Shown: positions 34,660-44,516, counted from the first letter of the stretch. The stretch: DNA of 64,000 bases from an uncultured virus (IMG/VR IMGVR_UViG_3300025646_000023) (IMGVR_UViG_3300025646_000023), one strand, 5' to 3'. Notes: a model not told the origin generated them from the sequence alone. Numbers and translations are program-made.

Positions 34660-37521
34660 TCAGAAGCCAGAATAGAAGTAAGCTTTAGAGCGAGAGAAAC
34701 CTGCTGGAGGATCTGTCCAGCTTAAAGTTCCACTGCCATCGGTTGAAAGAAGTTGACCTAATGTACCATCAGCTGTTGGTAATGTATAGGTTGTAGACCC
34801 TGCAGCAGCTGCTGGAGCAAGACCGACATAGCCAGAAGTTGAACCTGAAAGGCGCAGAGTCCCTTTGATATCAACTTTAGAGCCAGGTGTAGCGGTACCA
34901 AAACCAGAATTGCCAGAACTATCAACTCTAAATTGTTCAGATCCTTCTGTTGTAACAACAAAACGGCCATCAATACCAGTGTCAATAACCTCTGCTTTTG
35001 TGTTACCTACTGTAATCTCGGTTGGTGTTGCAGTTTCCTGCGGTGCTGAATCAACCCATTGCGAAGTATTTCCATCATTGTAGTAAATATAAGTGCGTCC
35101 GCCTACAGTATCAAACCAAAAGTCTCCAGGATTAGGACTAGATGGAGGTGTGTCTGCAGTATAAACAATAGGTACTCCTTGCGGAGAAGCATCAACCCAC
35201 TGAGTTGTATTTCCATCGTTGTAATAAAAATAAGTTCTTCCCCCAACAGAGTCATACCAAATAGCACCATCATTAGGTGCTGAAGGCGGAGTATCACTTG
35301 CAACAATAGAAATTAAACCTTGAGGTGCAATATCAACCCACTGTGCACCGTCTGGATCATCGTAGTAAACATAAGTACGCCCACCAACGGAGTCATACCA
35401 AAGATCACCGTGATTTGGACTTACAGGTGCAGTGTCACTTGTTGTAACAGAAGCACCACCTCCTCCTCCCGTAGCCCAAGAGAGAGCACCAAAACCATTA
35501 GTGCTTAATACTTGACCAGCAGTACCATCAGAATCTGGAAGAGTCCATGTAACGTTGCTTGCAATAGTTGCAGGTGCTTGCAAAGCTACCCAGTTACTGC
35601 TATCCGCATCTGCAAAACGAAGGTCAGATTGTGCATTGAGTGTTACGTCACCAGTTAAACTACCACCAGCTTTTGGTAACGCAGCATTGGCTAGATCATA
35701 AGCAGTCTTAACACTATTAGGCGTTGCTGCTTTTGTAGTACTTGTACTGCTTGTTGAATCTTCTAGTTGAACAGCACCTTTCTGAGCTGTTGTTGCATCC
35801 TGAATACTGATATCAGGTGTTGTGCCGCCAGTGCTTGCAAGTGGTGATGTTGCCGTAACAGCAGTAATGGTGCCGCCAGAGCCGTGAGCACTGATCGTAA
35901 TTGTGCCATCACCATTGGTAATCGTGACACCAGTAGAAGCAGTTAATGTTGCTTTAGCTAAAGTCCCGTCTGTTTTACCAATTAAAAGTTGGCCATCAGT
36001 ATAAGTAGTTTGACCAGTACCACCGTAACCTGTGGCTAAAGTAGTGCCTTGCCAGGTACCAGAACTGATTGTTCCTACACTTGTTAAGCTGGAAGAAACA
36101 ACAGCACTGCCAAGGCTTGTTGCATCAAGAACTTTTACATTATTGATTCGATATTCTTTAGTTGAAACAAGATCAATATGTTCACTAAATGTCCAAGCAT
36201 CAGTTGCATTTAACCATTCAATAGTTTTATCAGTCGATCCTTTAAGTATGATTCCACCTGCATCTGCTGTAGAATCAGTCGGAGTAGGAACAACACCTAA
36301 TTCAATATTCTTATCTTTAACAAGAAGTGTTGTTGAATCAATTGTTGTGGTTGTTCCCTGAACTGTTAGATTACCAGGGATATTAATATTACCTGCTGCA
36401 TCAGCACTTAAACGAATAGCACCGCCAGTAACAAGTGCAATTTCATTTGCACCTGGACGTAATAGGCCGGTATCAGCATCGCCATCAAAAGCGTAACCAG
36501 GTGTAGAAGGACTTGTAGAATCGTCACCTAAGATGGCACCTGTCATAGTGCCGCCTGCTTTTGGTAATGCAGCAATGCCTAAGTCATAAGCAGTTTTAAC
36601 ACTGTTTGGTGTTGCTGCTGTTGTAGTACTAGTACTAGAGGTAGAATCTTCTAATTGAACAACACCTTTTTGTACTGTTGTACCATCAGCAACATTAAGA
36701 GTGACTGAACCATCACCATTAACAACACTAATATTCGTTCCAGCTGTTAAGGTTGACTTGGCTAGAGTTCCGTCTGTTTTACCAATTAACAGTTGACCAT
36801 CAGTGTAAGAAGTGTGGCCTGTGCCCCCATAGCCATGAGTAACTGTTGAAGCTTGCCAAGTACCTGTTGTAAGGGTACCTACACTAGTTAAACTAGAAGC
36901 AACAACAGCACTACCTAAACTTGTTGCATCAAGAACTTTAGTTCCGTTAATTCTATATTCTTTGCCACTAGCAACACTAAGATGACCGGTTAAAGAGCTG
37001 TCGCCAGAAGCATCAATAACAAACTGACTAACACCGTTAGTTGCAAATCCAAGTTGATCAGCACCTGGAGAATAAATGCCAGTATTAGTATCACCGGTAA
37101 AAGTAATACTTGGTGAAGCTGCAGTTCCTGCCGCAAAACTTACGGGGCCGGCAAGACTAATTGATCCTGTAACAGATAAGTTACCACCAACTAAAACATT
37201 ATTAGCAAAACTTGCGGCGCCACTGGAATCAAGACTTAAGCGAATAACACCGCCAGTTACAAAAGCAAGTTGATCAGAACCAGGGCTAATAAGTCCTGTA
37301 TTGGGATCAGATGCAAATTTTACTGCACAGTTTGTAACGCTACCTGTAGATAGCGCCATGTTGCTACCGTCTTCTCGCAGAAGAGGATAACCACCTTGAG
37401 TAAATCCATCGTGAACAACACAAGTATCTTTATCGATATCAACAGTGACTTCACCAACTGCACCAGTGAAGAGTGCGGTTTCACCTGTTGTTCCGCGACG
37501 AAATTGTACTTGTGTAGCCAT
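34660..37521 (-). CDS. long tail fibre protein (Mtd-like N-terminus) with internal duplications
   Basis: MATQVQFRRGTT..F.GA.GE.TVD..K; two AATPNSVKTAYD repeats; three GD.WYDSVGGRTY repeats. Confidence 0.85.
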   Translation of the reverse strand: MATQVQFRRGTTGETALFTGAVGEVTVDIDKDTCVVHDGFTQGGYPLLREDGSNMALSTGSVTNCAVKFASDPNTGLISPGSDQLAFVTGGVIRLSLDSSGAASFANNVLVGGNLSVTGSISLAGPVSFAAGTAASPSITFTGDTNTGIYSPGADQLGFATNGVSQFVIDASGDSSLTGHLSVASGKEYRINGTKVLDATSLGSAVVASSLTSVGTLTTGTWQASTVTHGYGGTGHTSYTDGQLLIGKTDGTLAKSTLTAGTNISVVNGDGSVTLNVADGTTVQKGVVQLEDSTSSTSTTTAATPNSVKTAYDLGIAALPKAGGTMTGAILGDDSTSPSTPGYAFDGDADTGLLRPGANEIALVTGGAIRLSADAAGNINIPGNLTVQGTTTTIDSTTLLVKDKNIELGVVPTPTDSTADAGGIILKGSTDKTIEWLNATDAWTFSEHIDLVSTKEYRINNVKVLDATSLGSAVVSSSLTSVGTISSGTWQGTTLATGYGGTGQTTYTDGQLLIGKTDGTLAKATLTASTGVTITNGDGTITISAHGSGGTITAVTATSPLASTGGTTPDISIQDATTAQKGAVQLEDSTSSTSTTKAATPNSVKTAYDLANAALPKAGGSLTGDVTLNAQSDLRFADADSSNWVALQAPATIASNVTWTLPDSDGTAGQVLSTNGFGALSWATGGGGGASVTTSDTAPVSPNHGDLWYDSVGGRTYVYYDDPDGAQWVDIAPQGLISIVASDTPPSAPNDGAIWYDSVGGRTYFYYNDGNTTQWVDASPQGVPIVYTADTPPSSPNPGDFWFDTVGGRTYIYYNDGNTSQWVDSAPQETATPTEITVGNTKAEVIDTGIDGRFVVTTEGSEQFRVDSSGNSGFGTATPGSKVDIKGTLRLSGSTSGYVGLAPAAAAGSTTYTLPTADGTLGQLLSTDGSGTLSWTDPPAGFSRSKAYFYSGF

Positions 37522-37588
37522 GGATTGTCCTTGCTATTTAAAACTTTGTCGCTGTTCTTCTTTTTATTTTAAAGCAGGTAGGTTCTAT

Positions 37589-38011
37589 TTATACTGCTAC
37601 CCAGCTAGATGATGTTCCATTATAAATGTAAAGGGCTGGAACAGACTTATCATAATGAAGCTGACCATCAATAGCATTGGTAGGAAAACCACTCAGGGAT
37701 GTTGATGCAACAGCTTTTGGTGTTTGCCAAGTGCTGCCATCATAAATCTTAAAGATCTGCGTACTCGTTGAATCTAACCAGCTTTCTCCTTTTGAAAGAG
37801 GAGTATAACCAGTAGGTACAGCATTAGGAGCACTACTGCCAACATGAATCGGACCAACCTTAATTAACTTTGGTGTTACTGCATCATCGCGGAAATACAA
37901 TCCCGGTTCTGTAGCATTAAAGTTAAGTCCAATTTCACCATCACCTAACCGACTTGGTAATACGCGGTCATATAAAAGGCTTGAACGGAGGCGCAGAATT
38001 TGTACAGACAT
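37589..38011 (-). CDS. tail/baseplate structural protein
   Basis: LGDGEIGLN, GESWLD, GQLHYD motifs typical of fibre-attachment proteins. Confidence 0.7.
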   Translation of the reverse strand: MSVQILRLRSSLLYDRVLPSRLGDGEIGLNFNATEPGLYFRDDAVTPKLIKVGPIHVGSSAPNAVPTGYTPLSKGESWLDSTSTQIFKIYDGSTWQTPKAVASTSLSGFPTNAIDGQLHYDKSVPALYIYNGTSSSWVAV

Positions 38012-38013
38012 TC

Positions 38014-40386
38014 TTAGTTACTGAGATAGATTCCGCAATCAATCTGGCTGGCATGGCGTTCAGTAGGAACACCATTAAGATATGTACCGCAGTCTAAAAC
38101 ATCTACGGTTCTAACTCCAGTATCCACATCATAATCAGCAGGATTGCCATTCAGATAAGTACCACAATCAATAGCACCACCACGGAAAGTAGAACTGTAA
38201 TCAGTAAGGGGTTGATCAAGCATACCAAACTTGGCAGTCTTGATTAAGGTCATATCAATATTTAACATCTTCTGCATTACTGTCAGCATTGTATTCGTTA
38301 CATTCAACGGAATACCAGTAAAGCTAAACCGATCACTATTAGGATCATTTGGATCATAATCAGGGTTCTGCCTGATGTTATCTGTAACCATACTGGTCAC
38401 TAAGTTGGGATCGTAATTAGCTTGCTGGTTAGGTTGGTTACGAGGGCCGCTCATGCCTTTAGCTCCGGTCCAAGGCATCCCATAACCCATCATCTGGAGA
38501 CGTTCTGCAGCCATCCGCAAGCGTTCATTTTCCTTTTCTAGCTTCTTCAGAAAGGTTTCAGCAGACTCGCCAACAGGTGGATCATTCGGTTCAAGCAGCC
38601 ACGTGTTGATGTACTCATGGGGTTTTAAATTATGAACTTTGCAATAACCTGATGTTGTTTGGGGTGTTGGGGCAATAATAACAAAGTTATTAGCATCAAT
38701 AATGTGGCTAACAATATAGTCACTTGACTCGTGATTATCAGCAATAAACTCAATGTTAACGCGGGTATTTAAGCCTAAGTCATGGGGTTCTTCTGTTGTA
38801 ATTGTAATGTTAGGACCCGATTGTGAATATGTTGCGTTTAGATCGAATACTTCATTGCCTTCATCATGGACAATGGACCACATTGCTGCATAGATATGCT
38901 TGCACCAGCGAAGCTGATAGTAGGCAAGGAGTGGGCGCGAATCTTCTGAGAGATCTTCATACGTAGGTAGCTGATAAAAATTATTGATAACAACGTAACC
39001 AAAATCAGAGTAAACGCCAACATCATCCCTGGTTGGAATCAAATTTCCATTGCGGTCCATGCTGTAGCCAGGGCGAACAGAACCTGCTTTTGTATTTGGA
39101 AACCTACGCCTTTGTTCCTCTTTGTAGAAGTTATATGTTTCTCTTTTTAGATAATCTTGGCATGTGCACTGGTAACGAATTTCTGTTGTCAGGTACCGGC
39201 CAACAGTAAACCCACGGTGCGCAGGAACAATTGTTTTGGCAACACCCTGGCCTGTCGTGGATGGTAAGTTTGTTACAGGATCAAATAATCTTGTTCCATA
39301 ACTATCTGTACGTTGGAATAGAACTTCATTTGTCGATAGGTCTACGCCAGTGGCGGTATAACCTACGTAATCTTTATAATCAAATCCACGTATTCTGCGC
39401 GTAACAGTTACATTTCCAGATGCAACACCTGTAGTCAAACTTGTAATAGTAAACTGTGTACTATTTAAAACAAGAACTTGGTAGAGTCCAGATTCAACAG
39501 GTCCGGTTGTAACTGAAAGAAGGACTTCATTGCTTGTTGATAAACCATGAGCAGAAGGGCAGGTAACTGTAACAACAGATCCTGTTCGTGTATAGGTTGC
39601 ACTTAAACCAGGATCACGTTCGATAACTCGATCAACAAAACGCTCACCAGCAGCAAAGCTAAGCGATGTATGAATAGAACTAAGTTGAACTCGTTGTTGC
39701 ACCCAAAAAGGATCACTAAAAGTTGTAACCTTAGAAACAGTTACATTTCCAGATGTTGAAAGAGATCCAGAAGCTGTGCAAGTAAAAGTATTTGTTGTGG
39801 TAGTTGTAATTACTAATGTTTCATCTACAGCTGCACCACTCGTTACATTTAAATAAATAGAATCACCAACGTTATAACCATGCTCTACAGAAGTAACTGT
39901 TATTGTTGTTCCACTTTGTATATAAGTTCCATTCTTTTCTGACTGCATATAACGTACAGCCAGAATTGGTATTCCATAGTTATAAAGATTAACTGAGTTG
40001 GCATCACGAACGCCAACCATCTGCTCCCCTATCTCCGTATGGGAGCTGGGAAAGGTAAACATTCTGGCGCCAGTAACTACTCCAGGGAACTGCTGAAACT
40101 CGCAGTACATCCTGAAGTCGCCACGGGTGTGCCTGGTCTTAGCGCCGTTACCTAGATAAGTTTGGGTTAAGGTGTAGAGCTCATAGCCACGACGCCAACG
40201 ATTCCACATCGAGTCCTGGTTATAAAACCGGACACGGCTAATTTGCTCACGATCCTTGGGTTCAAAATCAAAAGGATTAACCTTTGGATTTATATCGTAC
40301 TTATTACTTTCCTTTTTTATTTTGTCCGAAAAGGATTGAAAGCTCCTATCAAAGCTGCCTCCAAAACTATTCTTTTTCTTTGGCAT
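38014..40386 (-). CDS. large virion-region protein with beta repeats and a split SWIM-like zinc finger
   Basis: Repeated TITVT..HGL..GD motifs; CTCQDY...WCKHIYA. Confidence 0.7.
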   Translation of the reverse strand: MPKKKNSFGGSFDRSFQSFSDKIKKESNKYDINPKVNPFDFEPKDREQISRVRFYNQDSMWNRWRRGYELYTLTQTYLGNGAKTRHTRGDFRMYCEFQQFPGVVTGARMFTFPSSHTEIGEQMVGVRDANSVNLYNYGIPILAVRYMQSEKNGTYIQSGTTITVTSVEHGYNVGDSIYLNVTSGAAVDETLVITTTTTNTFTCTASGSLSTSGNVTVSKVTTFSDPFWVQQRVQLSSIHTSLSFAAGERFVDRVIERDPGLSATYTRTGSVVTVTCPSAHGLSTSNEVLLSVTTGPVESGLYQVLVLNSTQFTITSLTTGVASGNVTVTRRIRGFDYKDYVGYTATGVDLSTNEVLFQRTDSYGTRLFDPVTNLPSTTGQGVAKTIVPAHRGFTVGRYLTTEIRYQCTCQDYLKRETYNFYKEEQRRRFPNTKAGSVRPGYSMDRNGNLIPTRDDVGVYSDFGYVVINNFYQLPTYEDLSEDSRPLLAYYQLRWCKHIYAAMWSIVHDEGNEVFDLNATYSQSGPNITITTEEPHDLGLNTRVNIEFIADNHESSDYIVSHIIDANNFVIIAPTPQTTSGYCKVHNLKPHEYINTWLLEPNDPPVGESAETFLKKLEKENERLRMAAERLQMMGYGMPWTGAKGMSGPRNQPNQQANYDPNLVTSMVTDNIRQNPDYDPNDPNSDRFSFTGIPLNVTNTMLTVMQKMLNIDMTLIKTAKFGMLDQPLTDYSSTFRGGAIDCGTYLNGNPADYDVDTGVRTVDVLDCGTYLNGVPTERHASQIDCGIYLSN

Positions 40387-40389
40387 TGA

Positions 40390-41160
40390 TCAATAGAAAC
40401 CACCTTGAGCATTGATATAGAAACCACTGGTTAAAGCAGTACTACCACCTGCTGCAACGTAGATAGCTTGACCTTTCTGTAAAACTAAACCACGGTTCTT
40501 AGGTGCAACTTCATTATTTGCTGTTGTAAAGTTTGCACCAGCATGGGGAACAGGGTGGTTAATGAGAGGTAGCTTCTCATTAATCGTTAAGCTGTAGAAC
40601 TGGTTGATAGGATTGCTATCAATACTTGCAGTAAACAGCGGGAAGAACTGATTAACGTTAGTAACAGTGGCAGCATCAACAAGATAGAAACACAAATCTA
40701 CAGGAAGATAGATGTTGCAATCACCGCTTGTTGTTGCACTGATTGTCGCAGTCGCTGTAAAGTTATTAGCTGTTACATCAGTAACAGTCAACAGTTCGTC
40801 AGTACCTGCACCAGTTGTAAAGTTGACATAAATCTTTTGACCAACTTTAACGTTGGAGTTTGCTACAACAATAACAACATCTAAACCAGCTTGTACATAG
40901 GTACCTGCAGAAGGTGGTTTAGGGTTGATAAAAAGAGGAGCTTCCTTAGAAAAACGTACCCAGATCTCATCAATATAAGCACCACCAATAGAAGAATCCG
41001 TTAAAGAGCTATCAATATCAATAACTTTAGTTGCATTGCCAACAGCTGTCGGAGATAAACTTGTTGCAAAATGTTGACCAGCAGCAGCCGTTACCAGAGC
41101 ACTGGTAAGCAGTGGCCGATCAATCATTGCTGGCAGTTTATTGGTACTGGACGATGCCAC
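40390..41160 (-). CDS. structural protein (tail/neck)
   Basis: ORF track; Ala/Thr/Val-rich. Confidence 0.65.
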   Translation of the reverse strand: MASSSTNKLPAMIDRPLLTSALVTAAAGQHFATSLSPTAVGNATKVIDIDSSLTDSSIGGAYIDEIWVRFSKEAPLFINPKPPSAGTYVQAGLDVVIVVANSNVKVGQKIYVNFTTGAGTDELLTVTDVTANNFTATATISATTSGDCNIYLPVDLCFYLVDAATVTNVNQFFPLFTASIDSNPINQFYSLTINEKLPLINHPVPHAGANFTTANNEVAPKNRGLVLQKGQAIYVAAGGSTALTSGFYINAQGGFY

Positions 41161-41210
41161 AGATCTTCCTCTTGTTTAAAACTTATATTGTTATTTTAAC
41201 TGATCAACAG

Positions 41211-41438
41211 TTAAGGGAACAACTTTGCAAAGATTGTAGGATCTAGCTGAGATAGTCCCTTAATCTTGTCACCTGCAAAACGAAAGTCACCAGGTTCAGA
41301 ACTGATAAAAGGATCAATGTCTCCAGGTAAACTAGGTAGCCTCAAATCCTCATCACCACGGATACGCCTTAAACCGCTACCACGAGAACCTGTTGGAAGT
41401 TCTTCTTCACCTCTTTCGTTAAGGAATGGATTAATCAT
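41211..41438 (-). CDS. hypothetical protein
   Basis: ORF track. Confidence 0.55.
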   Translation of the reverse strand: MINPFLNERGEEELPTGSRGSGLRRIRGDEDLRLPSLPGDIDPFISSEPGDFRFAGDKIKGLSQLDPTIFAKLFP

Positions 41439-41647
41439 TTTTGTTTGTAACGTGTAGCAAGTTCAACTGAGCGTCTTGCTTTTTTTGCAGCTTCTGTATT
41501 GGCTACAAATTGTTTACCAGTTCTAGACTGGCGTTGCTTTTTTTGATCAGTTTGTTTTCTTTGCTCTGGTGATAGTTTAGCCCAGGCTTCTTTTGGAAGA
41601 TAACGCTCTGTGCTTTTTTTACCAGGTTCAATTGCTTTATCACTCAT
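41435..41647 (-). CDS. basic protein, C-terminal half of a DUF5872-like protein
   Basis: TERYLPKEAWAKLS.EQRK.TD.KK...GKQFVANT; ATG at 41647. Confidence 0.65.
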   Translation of the reverse strand: MSDKAIEPGKKSTERYLPKEAWAKLSPEQRKQTDQKKQRQSRTGKQFVANTEAAKKARRSVELATRYKQK

Positions 41648-42068
41648 CTCGGATTGGCCCACCATGTAACCAGGCATCACATGTACGTGAGCCTGCACAC
41701 TTGAATTTAAACAGCTGACAATAACCTAAGTCAGCATGTTCAATAACAGCATGGGGATCTGCAGCTTTATCTTCATTGATGCCTTCAAGAATGCAATCAA
41801 GAATCACATCTGATTCATCAAAGGCAGAGCAGTTACCGCAGCGTGCTGACATAGCAGTTTCTACATCAGTGTTCCACATATCTGCTTTCTTTTCCCAGAA
41901 ACCAGGATCAGGTCGATCCGGGTTCAAGGGTCCATAGTTGAAATTATCAATAGTCCAATTACGGTTTTTGATATTTTCTTTAATATCAGTTGTAGCGCGT
42001 GGGCAAGATTGACCTACAGCAGTAGCTGTTTTACCAAGTAATACTTTTGCTTTGAAGTGCTCCATCAT
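41640..42068 (-). CDS. Cys-rich hypothetical protein
   Basis: RCGNCSAF, GYCQLFKFKCAGSRTCDAW. Confidence 0.7.
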   Translation of the reverse strand: MMEHFKAKVLLGKTATAVGQSCPRATTDIKENIKNRNWTIDNFNYGPLNPDRPDPGFWEKKADMWNTDVETAMSARCGNCSAFDESDVILDCILEGINEDKAADPHAVIEHADLGYCQLFKFKCAGSRTCDAWLHGGPIRDE

Positions 42069-42298
42069 TTATCTCCTTTTTCATATTGTTCTTTTGTCAT
42101 CCACTTCTGATCACCCCAGCGCTTCAATGATTTTTGCTTTTCTGTTTTGCCGCCTTTATAGCCGCCACCACTCTTCTTGTATTCTTGCGCCAGGAGCTGA
42201 GCTTTGCGAGCACTCCACTGGCCAGGCTTGCCTCCTTTAGAGCCAGCCATGATTCGATCTTTGATGCGTTCTCGCATCTCTGGCTTTGTATAGCTCAT
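42065..42298 (-). CDS. basic protein, N-terminal half of a DUF5872-like protein
   Basis: YTKP.MRERIK..GSKGGKPGQWSARKAQLLAQEYKK.GGGY. Confidence 0.7.
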   Translation of the reverse strand: MSYTKPEMRERIKDRIMAGSKGGKPGQWSARKAQLLAQEYKKSGGGYKGGKTEKQKSLKRWGDQKWMTKEQYEKGDK

Positions 42299-42579
42299 CA
42301 GAACTGATTCTGGATTGGCCTTTTATTAAGAATAACAGGGGGAACCATATCGCTAGCAGAACGATCTACCTCACGCATGTAGGCAGGATTGTTTAACTGA
42401 AAGCGTGGATCATTACTACCGTTATAACCAACAACATAAGAACATGGCTTACTTTGTTCTTGCATACCTGGTTGCAGTGGATTAGACAATCCAGCTGTCG
42501 TCATGCTGTAATCCTGGTACATATTGTTATATGTAACAGGGTAAGCAGAACTATAACCAGGGACTTGAGCAAACCTCAT
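42298..42579 (-). CDS. hypothetical protein
   Basis: ORF track. Confidence 0.6.
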   Translation of the reverse strand: MRFAQVPGYSSAYPVTYNNMYQDYSMTTAGLSNPLQPGMQEQSKPCSYVVGYNGSNDPRFQLNNPAYMREVDRSASDMVPPVILNKRPIQNQF

Positions 42580-43259
42580 CCGAAGTAATTAACAGGTGCC
42601 GTACTTAAAAATTGTTGTGCCATTTGCATTGGACTCATGGCACTGCGGCGGTTTGTTTTAAAACGTTCAACAATATAGTTTTGCAACATTTCATTTGGAG
42701 TGATTTCTTTCTTACCTTCATCTTCTACAAGATCAATAACAATATTAACAGGCTGGCCCCCTAACTCCCCTTGTTGCATTTGTTGGGTCTGCTGCAGTTG
42801 TGGAGTAGCAACAGCTGGTGCCATTTGTTGTTGCCCCATCAAAGACGCTTCTTTCCCGCCCTTCGTATGGAGTAATTCAATTTCGTAACCGTCAGGAGTT
42901 TGAATTGTACCTAAACCTTTGCCAGGTTTAAAAGATCCTGCTCCTTTCCAATAAAGAGGCGTGCCACCACCAATGCCAAAATCAACACCACGGTGGAATG
43001 TAGATGCACCTGCTACAGGTGCAGTTCTAGGTCCAAAGGGAGACGTAATTTGAAAGGCTGGCGTAAAGGTCTCACCTGATTGTTTAAATAGTGGAGTTTT
43101 TGATTCACCAACAAGAAGGTTTTGTAGACCACTACGCCAGGTAGTGGGGTCAATATATTGACCACCCTTTTTGACGCGGACATCAAGGTGAGGACCTGTT
43201 GTTGGAAAGATATCCTCTCCAGGTCTTGCAACGTATCCTGCTTGAATGATGCCCGCCAT
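42576..43259 (-). CDS. M23-family peptidase-like protein, circularly permuted
   Basis: TTGPHLDVRV...IDP precedes ITSPFGPR...HRGVDF. Confidence 0.7.
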   Translation of the reverse strand: MAGIIQAGYVARPGEDIFPTTGPHLDVRVKKGGQYIDPTTWRSGLQNLLVGESKTPLFKQSGETFTPAFQITSPFGPRTAPVAGASTFHRGVDFGIGGGTPLYWKGAGSFKPGKGLGTIQTPDGYEIELLHTKGGKEASLMGQQQMAPAVATPQLQQTQQMQQGELGGQPVNIVIDLVEDEGKKEITPNEMLQNYIVERFKTNRRSAMSPMQMAQQFLSTAPVNYFG

Positions 43260-43276
43260 TTGTTTAAGCTAAAGAA

Positions 43277-44032
43277 TTAACCAAAGTTAAAGTAATCAAC
43301 CTTAGGAGTACTAACAAGACTTTGTGCAATCTCTAAGGGTGAAGGAACGCTAGAGCGCTCTTCTCTTGCTTTTTTAAATTGATTAATAATACTCACAATA
43401 GGATCTGACTGTTCTGCATTTGCACCTTTGCGGTTAATGGTAATGTTAATGGTTGGAATACCAGTTTGCTGTTGGCCAACAGGTGTCTGTTGTTGTTGAG
43501 TTTGTGCTTGTGCTTGGTTGCCAGGTAAAGTTTGTCCGGCCAATTGTTGTTTTTGTTGTTCGTAATATTTGTACAAGTCACCGAGTGGTTTAGACGGCTG
43601 CCCGTAGTAGCTTCCTCCACCAGATGTTGGCAGTGAAGCCCACTCTGGAGCAAGCTTGTTAGTAACAGTTCCAAATTTTTCTCCTCTTAAGAAAGGTTGT
43701 AATGCGCCTCGCTTTTTATCAATCAAATAAAGAGCAGCAAGGTCTTGTGATTTGGGATCAAATCCAGGTAATCCTAATGCTTTAGCAGTCCCTTGCCAGG
43801 TAGGTGTTAGGAATTGATAGGCTCCAGCAGCTGTGCTCGTATAGCCACCACCACTAATGGCTTTATCTGGATGACGCCAGCCTTTGGATGTATCAAACTT
43901 ACCACCACCAAACATGGTTTGATAGCCTGCTTCTCCTGGTGTACCTTCCGCGTAACGAATGGTATTTAGTAAAGCACGTACTTCAGGACGTGTTTGAAGC
44001 AACGTTTCGTAGTATTTACGGAGTTCAGACAT
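43277..44032 (-). CDS. lambda R-like (GH104) lytic transglycosylase, probably virion-associated
   Basis: ALLNTIRYAEGT, STAAGAYQFL..TW, F.P.SQD.AA, EWASLP; ATG at 44032. Confidence 0.85.
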   Translation of the reverse strand: MSELRKYYETLLQTRPEVRALLNTIRYAEGTPGEAGYQTMFGGGKFDTSKGWRHPDKAISGGGYTSTAAGAYQFLTPTWQGTAKALGLPGFDPKSQDLAALYLIDKKRGALQPFLRGEKFGTVTNKLAPEWASLPTSGGGSYYGQPSKPLGDLYKYYEQQKQQLAGQTLPGNQAQAQTQQQQTPVGQQQTGIPTINITINRKGANAEQSDPIVSIINQFKKAREERSSVPSPLEIAQSLVSTPKVDYFNFG

Positions 44033-44036
44033 TGGC

Positions 44037-44516
44037 TTATCGGAAGTTGTACTCGAAGTAGAAGCGGGTTCCAACAGCCACATCTGCGGGTCCAGGTAGG
44101 GCTTGAATGAATTCAGCACCTTCCCGCTCGAAGCGATAACGGGCTTGCATAGGATTCCTATAGTTAGCCACGTAAAGGTGGTGAGCTAAGCGATCAGTTT
44201 CATAAAGATAAATCTCTGTCCAGGTTTTAAGGGTGTCTCGGAAATCAGTTGTTGTAATGGTACGATCAACGTCACCAGCAATATTTTCTAAACGATTCCT
44301 AGGTACTTGATCGTTATTAGAACTACCTGTCATATCGGTGCGTTTTTCAGCCTCGTCGCACCGAGTGATTTGTTCAACTAATTTCTGGTACCAGAAAGAA
44401 TCCGGTACGTTGTTTAAAGCTTCTTCTAGTCGAGCAAGATCACCGGCTGGGATAGATGTGGTGTTATATCCCAAATGCCAGCGAATTTTTGACTTGAGGA
44501 AACTATCAAGTTGCAT
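44037..44516 (-). CDS. head completion / head-tail adaptor-like protein
   Basis: Position downstream of the capsid genes; KIRWHLGY start. Confidence 0.5.
   Translation of the reverse strand: MQLDSFLKSKIRWHLGYNTTSIPAGDLARLEEALNNVPDSFWYQKLVEQITRCDEAEKRTDMTGSSNNDQVPRNRLENIAGDVDRTITTTDFRDTLKTWTEIYLYETDRLAHHLYVANYRNPMQARYRFEREGAEFIQALPGPADVAVGTRFYFEYNFR

Noticed and set aside
29200..35640. Duplicated tail-fibre segments as the template/variable repeats of a diversity-generating retroelement
   Set aside because: Differences are mostly synonymous and not adenine-specific, both copies are mid-gene coding sequence, and no reverse transcriptase is in the window
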